From NCBI GenBank assembly GCA_051362555.1, contig CM120644.1:8564954-8628953 (forward strand): 64,000 bases of DNA, in the 5' to 3' direction. This document shows positions 1 through 7,924 of the stretch, one piece after another. The notes beneath the pieces were generated by a model that searched no databases, had not been told where the DNA came from, and saw only the letters and a program-made list of their open reading frames with translations. The position numbers were made by a program, and so were the translations under genes. Positions within the stretch are counted from its first letter, which is position 1, and each line of letters opens with the position of its first letter. The DNA comes from Lingula anatina. Its lineage: Eukaryota > Animalia > Brachiopoda.

Positions 1-91
1 AAATAATATCAAATTTGTAAATTAACAAAACTAACCATGCTATCGTAATGTAGTAAAAGATCCCTTACAAAAACAATCTATGCTGCATGCA

Positions 92-649
92 TTAATGTTC
101 AATGTATTTACAAATAGGACAATGTGCCACTGTACTGATAGTAAGATCAGAACAAATTCCATTCCTTGTAAATTTAAGAGCAAGTCGTCGAAATCGAGTA
201 TACGTCATTTCTCGATCATCATTCATCAATAATTCATGATAATGCTTAACAGGAATATTCAAACGTCGCAATAATAGTACAGTAACTACAACTAACTTAG
301 TAACACTCCATGCATAATATAAAGATTGAATAATACATTTACCAAAATCTAATGGTATTTGATGCAACATGTATATCATGTAATCTTCAGATATCATCAA
401 ATAATGAGCACAGCCAATTAACTTCATAAAGTCCAACTTCTCGTCTAGGTTATTAAACCTTCCACAAAATGCAAACAAAATTGATTCATTTATCAAATCA
501 GATGAAAACTTAATCTGAAAATTCGGTTCTCTTTGTTGTTTGAAGTATAATTCATTTATATATACAGAATGTTTACGGAAGTTCTCGAAAAGCTTAAATG
601 ACAAAGTTACAATTCTGTCATCAATGTAAATGTGATGTACAAGTTTCAT
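92..649 (-). CDS. Unknown ~185-aa ORF downstream of env (putative accessory ORF of the retroelement)
   Basis: Open frame 92..742. ATG at 649 (MKLVHHIYIDD...) follows a pyrimidine tract and TTTGCAG acceptor at 656/655. The C-terminus has C-x8-H-C-x2-C-like residues (GICSDLTISTVAHCPIC). No recognisable family. Confidence 0.5.
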   Translation of the reverse strand: MKLVHHIYIDDRIVTLSFKLFENFRKHSVYINELYFKQQREPNFQIKFSSDLINESILFAFCGRFNNLDEKLDFMKLIGCAHYLMISEDYMIYMLHQIPLDFGKCIIQSLYYAWSVTKLVVVTVLLLRRLNIPVKHYHELLMNDDREMTYTRFRRLALKFTRNGICSDLTISTVAHCPICKYIEH

Positions 650-1159
650 CAGTTTCTGCAAAATCAAATAGAAAATAAGAAAAATGATAATAGACATATT
701 TACAAAATCATAATTGTTAAAAAAAAAAAACTCTAAGTACAACCATTAATATTCATAACATAGTAAAGTAAGTACAATACAGCATGCAAATAATAATGAT
801 CATGATTAACACAAAAAATCCTAATTATATATAAGTGATATGTAATAGATTTTATAAAAGCGCAAATAATCGTATTACATTATTCATAAAATAGTATATA
901 GTGATTAAAACAAATTCAATTTTTGTTAAAACTCATCGAGTTAATTCTGTGCGTCTCGCACACTCTCAATAATAATAATACATAGATCAGTTTCTTCAAT
1001 CATTGGAGTAACAGTGAGAAAAACTCAATCATAAAGTCATTAAAATGCTGTGATAGTACACACACCCTCTTACACCAAAAGTCCGCTCGCAAAGATCAAT
1101 GCACTTAGTAAATACTAGACACATGTAGCAAGTCAAGTCAAATTTAACTTGGACAAAGA

Positions 1160-3673
1160 TTAATCTGCATTGTGATCAAATGGCTCAAACTGAATATAGA
1201 AAAGTGCATTAGCATGTTTAATGCGCAAAAATGCATAATATTCACTCTTGAGTAATTTTCTGAGTTTAAAAGCTGTGACCATAGACAATGGGATAGCTCG
1301 TTCCAAAGTGATGATTTCGTTAGTTATAAGGTTTGTAATTTGCAGACCATGCCAATCTATTGTTAGGTGTGGACTGTAGGTACCTTCAACCTTTAAAATA
1401 TCAAAGTACGATTCATGACTTTGAAAAACCCAGTACTTTGGACATAATGACAGTTTTCTGATAGGAACCGAAATACATTGTTCATTGTTGGAAATCTCTA
1501 AAACCAGAGCATTTCTCTTAGACTTAAAGAATGTTCTCCTAATATGTCCCACAAGGAAAATCAAGAAGATAATGGTAATTACAATTTGCATTATTAAAAT
1601 AGGAAATGTCATTGAATCCGTGATAATCAGTACCTTCGGCTCATTACTATTTGTTTTTGTTGTGGAATCTAGTAACCAATACGGCATAGTAGGAACTATA
1701 TCGTTTCCACGTGCCTTCTTCAGCAAAGCCACTATAATTGCCAATTGCCTGACCTTGATTCCTAGGCAAATTATTATCACGAGCAATAAGCCCGACAACC
1801 CTATTGAAATCCAAACCAGTATTTGAGAAAAATCATCTGTAGAAAATATTTCGTCTGCTAGAATAGCATCTGCCATAGAAGAATAGATTTGCTCCTGACT
1901 TTTTGCTGCTTGAGCCATTTTTTGTAAGCTCAAATGATCAACTGAATCTTTCGCAAGGAAATGGGAAAAATTATGTTGAAATAATTGAAGAACATTCGAT
2001 TTAGAACTTAAGGGCTCACTAAATAAACCGTTGCTTCCAATTTTTGCAATTTGTGATGGTGAATAAAAGTACTGCAACAAACCTAAATTAATAGGATGTA
2101 GCTTTGTTATCTGCGAGTTGTTTTGACAACTTGCCACTCGGGGTGGGAGATAAAACTCGTCTAAGTTCAAACTGCAATAGCAAGGAATTTGAATGACACA
2201 ATAATGACAGCCTCTTAAAGAGGTCGACGTCTTAGGGCATTTCAGGGTAATGTCAGTTATGTTAACTAAAAGTAACTGACTCGTCAAAACGTCTCTTATC
2301 TGTGTTTTGACGGCATTGTGAATGAATCGAAAATTGCAAAACCGTTGAATTTCATCTGAAATCTCTAAAAACAGTGCAAGAGTGCAGTCTGGCTGAGTTA
2401 CAGATATCAGAGGAATATTATAACTGCAAAGTTTAAAATGGCTACCTTTGCAATGTCTCCAAGTAGATTCGTCAGGAATAGCATAATGTTGCCTATCTTT
2501 CGTAACTGCAAAATACTTGGGAAGGTAGAAAATTTGAGAGGCGTGATTTGTGGATTGATTAAGCGGGACTGGATACGTTATAACTTCGTACACTTTCAAA
2601 ACATGTGGATTAGATGCTACGGGAATTTTAAGAGTTATATACAACGAACGTTTGTACAAGCCGTATGTGAATTGAGCATGATGGAAATAATATCTCGGAT
2701 CCGAGTGAATAAGCTTCATTGGGATTGGCATCTTACGTAACTCGTCTTTAATCCTGGTAAGCGCCCTACCTAATTCCTCTGGTGGAACTAAAAATGATGA
2801 CAATTGTCCTTTTGTCAGCTGAATGCATGCTATTAATAAATTTTGAAATGAAAATAATAATTGAGAATTCGCCATCTCTTCATGTGCAAATAATCTTGAC
2901 ATAACCGCTGCTAATTCACTATTTTTAGCATAAATGTTTAAATCGAAACTTAATTTCTTTGCAATTTGATGGTTTTCAGCAATGGCAGATTTCATGTTTT
3001 CCATTCTACTGTCTACTGTGGTAATAAACGAGGACATTTGATGCTCTTGCTTAGTAAACAGATTAATTGTCTCCTTCTTTAAACTGTTAACATAATTTCT
3101 TAAATTCGTAACATCTGACTCACTAGAAACTCCAAACAGCATTTTAAATAAATTACCTGTCGGTAACAATGATCTTTTACTTCTGGTTTTTGATTTAATA
3201 CTTCGCAACTTAATTCGTGGCATCATATACAATATTGTCTTAAGGGTGAATCTTAAGTCGCGTATTGTTTGATTCTTTAACGTCGACAAGGTGCGTATTG
3301 CATCATCTATCCATATTTTACATCGTGGATTAATTATCTTACTGTCACCAATCTGTCCATCTGGACATGGCGTCAACCTTGTCGGTATTACATCAATTTT
3401 AGGTAATTTAAGCTCGAAGGAATGAGACCAATGGCCTACATTAAACAATACGTCAGAGAACGGTCTAAACTCAACACCATAATTTATGCGTTGCTCCGTC
3501 TTTGTTGTAGAGGCTGTCACAACGCTAATGGTCGCGAGAATCCATAGAGCCATTCTTTTGAAGGTCAATGCTCTGGGTTTGCAGCGCATACTGCTCAACT
3601 TATCCTCATCTAAGAAAAAGAGAAGAAACATAAGAGATAGGATAGATAGGAAAAACAGATATCCGGATATCAT
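1160..3673 (-). CDS. env: Envelope glycoprotein, class I fusion (baculovirus F / errantivirus env-like)
   Basis: 837-aa intact ORF. Signal-like MALWILATISVVTAS; furin site KTRSKR followed by fusion-peptide-like SLLPTGNLFKMLFGV (cleavage near 3173); heptad-repeat region; Cys-rich ectodomain with N-x-S/T sequons; TM ILVWISIGLSGLLLVIIICLGI plus a second hydrophobic segment. Confidence 0.88.
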   Translation of the reverse strand: MISGYLFFLSILSLMFLLFFLDEDKLSSMRCKPRALTFKRMALWILATISVVTASTTKTEQRINYGVEFRPFSDVLFNVGHWSHSFELKLPKIDVIPTRLTPCPDGQIGDSKIINPRCKIWIDDAIRTLSTLKNQTIRDLRFTLKTILYMMPRIKLRSIKSKTRSKRSLLPTGNLFKMLFGVSSESDVTNLRNYVNSLKKETINLFTKQEHQMSSFITTVDSRMENMKSAIAENHQIAKKLSFDLNIYAKNSELAAVMSRLFAHEEMANSQLLFSFQNLLIACIQLTKGQLSSFLVPPEELGRALTRIKDELRKMPIPMKLIHSDPRYYFHHAQFTYGLYKRSLYITLKIPVASNPHVLKVYEVITYPVPLNQSTNHASQIFYLPKYFAVTKDRQHYAIPDESTWRHCKGSHFKLCSYNIPLISVTQPDCTLALFLEISDEIQRFCNFRFIHNAVKTQIRDVLTSQLLLVNITDITLKCPKTSTSLRGCHYCVIQIPCYCSLNLDEFYLPPRVASCQNNSQITKLHPINLGLLQYFYSPSQIAKIGSNGLFSEPLSSKSNVLQLFQHNFSHFLAKDSVDHLSLQKMAQAAKSQEQIYSSMADAILADEIFSTDDFSQILVWISIGLSGLLLVIIICLGIKVRQLAIIVALLKKARGNDIVPTMPYWLLDSTTKTNSNEPKVLIITDSMTFPILIMQIVITIIFLIFLVGHIRRTFFKSKRNALVLEISNNEQCISVPIRKLSLCPKYWVFQSHESYFDILKVEGTYSPHLTIDWHGLQITNLITNEIITLERAIPLSMVTAFKLRKLLKSEYYAFLRIKHANALFYIQFEPFDHNAD

Positions 3674-3856
3674 TTAGGATTCAGTTAAGCTGCATAGCTG
3701 GTACTCCCAAAATTATACATTCGACCTTGTTTCTTTTTTATGGCATACCTTTTAGTTTTATTTTTCGTGTCTGTTATCTTCAGTCATTTTTATCAATGTA
3801 TCATTTGAAATTTTATTCGTAAACTCTTCTCTTAAGAGATTATAGCATCCTCATTT

Positions 3857-6800
3857 TTAATTTCTACGTTTTTTTCGTCTTCCTTGTAACGTCTTATTGA
3901 TATGATAATCTCTTTTTAATGCATCTGAAATATTTTCCTCAGGTTCCCAGGAAGAGTTCTTATAACCCTTCCACTTAACCTTGTAATGTCTCTTTGCGTT
4001 TATATTCTTACAACATAATAATTTTTCTACTTCATAATATTCATACGCGTCCTGTTTTTCGTCCGATGCGAGATCCGACTTTCTTGTTTCGCGTTTATCT
4101 ATGTCTTGTGTCTTAATATTCGTTTTCTTCCTGTTTGCCATGACTAGGTCGTGTGTACTGTCATTTAACCTAGTGTATTTATTATAGTCTCTAGGATCGT
4201 AGTACATTTTTAATCTGTTTGCATGAACAGGAGATTTATGTTCCTTATGTGTTTTACAATCTCTCAAATAATATGTGCACCCTGTTGATAATATCTTCGT
4301 TATGTAATACGGACCTTTGTACTTGGTGTACAATTTAGAACTTAATCCTTTAGGTGTCATTGGAGTATATATCCAAACTCTATCACCTACTTTATAACTC
4401 GGTTGCTTTGATTTAAGGTCATACCTTGCTTTATACTGTTTCTGAGCTACTTCCCTATTCTTTGTTGCAATTTCTTTTGCCGTTTTAAGGGCATCTTTCA
4501 ATTCTTCAATGTACTGAGGTAAATTTTTATTCTCATGATGTTCAGGGATTAAATCACTATCCAATGGCGTACGCATTTCTCGTCCAAAAACTAAATAATA
4601 AGGAGAAAACTTTGTAGACTGTGTACAAGGAGTTGCACGTAATGCCATCATTACTCCTGGAAGGATATCAGGCCAATTAGTTTGATCTTTCTCACAGTAT
4701 GCTCTCAAAGTTTGAGCAATTATTGAATTAGTTCTTTCACAGGCTGCATTGCTTTGTGGATGCCATGCGCTAGTATGATAGCGCTTGATATGGAATAATT
4801 TACACAGCGATTGAATAATTTGAGACAAAAAATTCTTTCCTCGATCAGAAACGAGATATGACGGACAACCATATCTTGTAAACACTTCTTTGTAAAGAGT
4901 CTTGGCGATTTCTTTGGCTTCCTGAGTTTTCAAAGGTATTGCTTCAGCAAAATTAGAAAAAGAACACGTTACCAACAAAATGTACTTATATCCTTCTTTT
5001 GATTTGATTAAGGGACCTAATATATCCATATGCATTCTTTCAAACACGCCTGCGATGGGTAAAGGATTCAAAGGTGCTGGAGCATCTCTACGCAAATGCT
5101 TAACCTTTTGGCACACTTCACATGATTTGACGTACTCCATGACGTCTTTATAAAGTGACTTCCAAAAATACTTATTCCTAATGGAGGCAAAAGTTCTATC
5201 ACAACCTTGATGACCGCCACCTGTCAAGGAATCATGATATGTATGTAAAACGTCGCTTCTGAGTGTTTCAGGGACAGCTAATTGTTTTATTATTCGCAGC
5301 TTCTCTGGCATTCCTCGCGAACGCGGTTGATAAAGGTGATACAAAACGTCATCTATCATCACGTATTGATCTGATTCTGCGATGATTTTACGCGCTTGTT
5401 TCAAGTCGTCGGGTAAATCGTTTAGTTCCAGATATCTTATTATATCTTGAAATTCAGGACATTCACGTTGGTCTTGTTTTAATTTTTCTTTCTCGTCTAC
5501 ATTTGTAACATCAACAACGTTTATGTCATCACATTGACTTAAGTGCTGCTCACTTCTCAATTTGCTAGTTTGTTTCGGTAAGTACAGCCTAGCTTGGGTG
5601 AAATTTTTATCTTGACACCTGTCAGTATCATCCGCGCTTAAGTGACTATCGTTGCTAACGGTATCTAAAACATTTACTGGTTCATATTCGCGTCTTGATA
5701 ATGCATCAGCTGGGTTTGTTTTTCCAGGTCTGTGAATTATTTCAAAATCTAGACCTTGTAACTTCAATGACCATCTTATAAGCCTGCCAGATGTATGTTT
5801 AACATTTTGTAGCCACGAAATTGCTTTATTATCTGTATACACTTTGAAGTGATTGTTAGACAAATATTGTTCAAATTGTTTTATCCCTTCAATTACTGCC
5901 AAACATTCTAACTCATGAATGGTGTAGTTCTTTTCGGCCTTGTTTAACGATCTCCCTCCATACGCAATAACCCTATCTTGATTGTTATCATTTTTTTGAC
6001 CTAAAATATAACCTATAGCGGAAGTAGATGCGTCCGTTGTTAATGTAAACTCGCGCGACATATCTGGATAAGCCAGTATTGGTGGTGACATTAACGCTTC
6101 TTTTAATGTTTGAAATGACGCTTCACATTCAGGACTCCATAAGAATTGTACGTCTTTCCTTAAAAGTTTATTTAAGGGATCTGCTATTTTACTAAAACCT
6201 TTAATAAATTTTCTGTAGAAGTTACACAACCCTAAAAAACTTCTAACGTCTCTTACAGATTTGGGGGTTGGAAATGATTTTATGGCTTCAAGATTTTTCT
6301 CATCTGGTCTTATTCCATTTTTATCTATTACATGACCTAAATATTTAGCTTTCGGTGTTGCAAACTTACATTTTGATGGCTTAAGTCTGAGATTTGCAGA
6401 TCTTAGTTTTTGGAATACTTGATTTAAATGTTTTAAGTGCTCGTCAAACGTTTTACTCATGACCAAAATGTCATCAATGTATATAAGTATTGTTTTCCAG
6501 TTCATGTCCCTAAAAATGTGACTCATTAATGCCTGGAAACTAACACCGGCGTTACGAAGGCCATACGCTAAACGTAAGAATTGGAAGTGACCATGGTGCG
6601 TGATGAAAGCAGTCTTGTGTTTAGTTTCAGGGTCAAGAGGTAATTGCCAGTATGCACCTGCCATATCTAAACTAGAGAAATATTTAGCACCTGACGTACC
6701 TATCGTTTCAAAAATATCTTCTAAACGTGGGAGTGGCCAGTGCATAGGTTTTGTAACTTTGTTCAACTTCCGGTAATCAATTGCGAATCTGTATTCTCCG

Positions 6801-7369
6801 TTTTTCTTTTTTACAAGTACTACTGGACTACTGTACTCGCTCATGCTTTCTTCGATTATTCCGTGTTGTAACATTTCGTCTACCTGCTTGACAATTTCAT
6901 TTTTTTGCTTTGGTGACGCACGATAAAATGTTTGTTTCACAGGAACATCATTTATTGTGTCAATTCTATGCTGATACATATTTGCTGAACCTAATTCTGA
7001 AAGATTGGTAGCAAAAACATCGCGATTACGGCCTAACAACATTTTCAACTGTAATTTTTGATCTTCACTCATGTCTGAATCGGCAAAGTTTATATTTAAT
7101 TCGTCTGCATTCCGCAATGCTTCTTGATCCGATAATCTATCACTTTTTTGCGTTAAGGTTCCTTTTGACATTTCATTCAAAACACTGACGCTAGTCAGAC
7201 TCACTGAACTCGCAATAGCTAATATTGTTCTTTTGGGGATGAAAATACTTTCATCGCTAGGGTTCATTATTCTGTAAGCAGAATTGTTTTTATCAATAGG
7301 AACCAAACATTTTGCTCCGATAAGTTTTTTCTTGGACTCAAGATTTCGTACTGGTTCTAATAAAGCCAC
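3857..7369 (-). CDS. pol: Pol: reverse transcriptase, RNase H, integrase with GPY/F motif and C-terminal chromodomain
   Basis: RT motifs SPVVLVKKK-YRFAIDYRKLN, YGLRNAG, IYIDDILV; RNase H TTDAS...ELECLAV...YTDN; integrase H-x-H...CEVC, HMDILGP, VSDRG, NAACERTN; YKGPY; chromodomain YEVEKLL...YKVKWKGY..SSWEPEENI. Confidence 0.97.
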   Translation of the reverse strand: MALLEPVRNLESKKKLIGAKCLVPIDKNNSAYRIMNPSDESIFIPKRTILAIASSVSLTSVSVLNEMSKGTLTQKSDRLSDQEALRNADELNINFADSDMSEDQKLQLKMLLGRNRDVFATNLSELGSANMYQHRIDTINDVPVKQTFYRASPKQKNEIVKQVDEMLQHGIIEESMSEYSSPVVLVKKKNGEYRFAIDYRKLNKVTKPMHWPLPRLEDIFETIGTSGAKYFSSLDMAGAYWQLPLDPETKHKTAFITHHGHFQFLRLAYGLRNAGVSFQALMSHIFRDMNWKTILIYIDDILVMSKTFDEHLKHLNQVFQKLRSANLRLKPSKCKFATPKAKYLGHVIDKNGIRPDEKNLEAIKSFPTPKSVRDVRSFLGLCNFYRKFIKGFSKIADPLNKLLRKDVQFLWSPECEASFQTLKEALMSPPILAYPDMSREFTLTTDASTSAIGYILGQKNDNNQDRVIAYGGRSLNKAEKNYTIHELECLAVIEGIKQFEQYLSNNHFKVYTDNKAISWLQNVKHTSGRLIRWSLKLQGLDFEIIHRPGKTNPADALSRREYEPVNVLDTVSNDSHLSADDTDRCQDKNFTQARLYLPKQTSKLRSEQHLSQCDDINVVDVTNVDEKEKLKQDQRECPEFQDIIRYLELNDLPDDLKQARKIIAESDQYVMIDDVLYHLYQPRSRGMPEKLRIIKQLAVPETLRSDVLHTYHDSLTGGGHQGCDRTFASIRNKYFWKSLYKDVMEYVKSCEVCQKVKHLRRDAPAPLNPLPIAGVFERMHMDILGPLIKSKEGYKYILLVTCSFSNFAEAIPLKTQEAKEIAKTLYKEVFTRYGCPSYLVSDRGKNFLSQIIQSLCKLFHIKRYHTSAWHPQSNAACERTNSIIAQTLRAYCEKDQTNWPDILPGVMMALRATPCTQSTKFSPYYLVFGREMRTPLDSDLIPEHHENKNLPQYIEELKDALKTAKEIATKNREVAQKQYKARYDLKSKQPSYKVGDRVWIYTPMTPKGLSSKLYTKYKGPYYITKILSTGCTYYLRDCKTHKEHKSPVHANRLKMYYDPRDYNKYTRLNDSTHDLVMANRKKTNIKTQDIDKRETRKSDLASDEKQDAYEYYEVEKLLCCKNINAKRHYKVKWKGYKNSSWEPEENISDALKRDYHINKTLQGRRKKRRN

Positions 7370-7387
7370 GGAGACAGATGAGGAATG

Positions 7388-7924
7388 TTATATTTTGACT
7401 GGAATCAAACATTCACTTCTTGGTGGAATAAATCCGGATTTAAAGTTACGTACTAAACCTAATACAGATGGACTATACAAGGGTAAGAGCAAATCATAAT
7501 CAGGCAGTGTCATGCTATCAGACGATAAATCAATTTTCACATTGTGTTTTCTTAGGAAATCTGTGCCTAATATCAAACCTCTTGGCAACTGACTAAATAC
7601 GTGGACTTTATGCTTTATGATCACATCACCAAAACAAAGAGGTAACTCTACTTTTCCCAGAACATTTATCACCGATCCATCAACAACTGAAACTTCTTTT
7701 AATGACGGTTTTTCGTATGAATTTCGATCCTTTTTCCCTAATTTTGATAAAAGGGATTCCGATACACAAGATATGACGGCACCTGTGTCAACTAAAGCAT
7801 TTACATGTACTTTCTCGATTTGAATTGATATTAAATTGTGAGGTTGATAATTTGACATAGCTACAAGTGGCACTTTTCTATTTTCAATTTTGTAATGAAA
7901 TTTTTCTTTTTTACTTTTTCCTAG
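7388..7924 (-). CDS. pro: Retropepsin-type aspartic protease, in frame with gag (after TGA) and with pol (before a single TAA)
   Basis: ALVDTGAVISC and LILGTDFL motifs. Reading codons by hand, 7924..7874 is open and in frame with the gag stop (7927-7925) and with the GTG at 7873. Confidence 0.9.
   Translation of the reverse strand, partial: LGKSKKEKFHYKIENRKVPLVAMSNYQPHNLISIQIEKVHVNALVDTGAVISCVSESLLSKLGKKDRNSYEKPSLKEVSVVDGSVINVLGKVELPLCFGDVIIKHKVHVFSQLPRGLILGTDFLRKHNVKIDLSSDSMTLPDYDLLLPLYSPSVLGLVRNFKSGFIPPRSECLIPVKI

Noticed and set aside
3610-3673. First hydrophobic stretch of the env ORF (MISGYLFFLSILSLMFLLFFL) as a signal peptide
   Set aside because: It coincides with a polypyrimidine tract ending in TTAG and is better explained as a splice acceptor; a more typical signal follows (MRCK...MALWILATISVVTAS).
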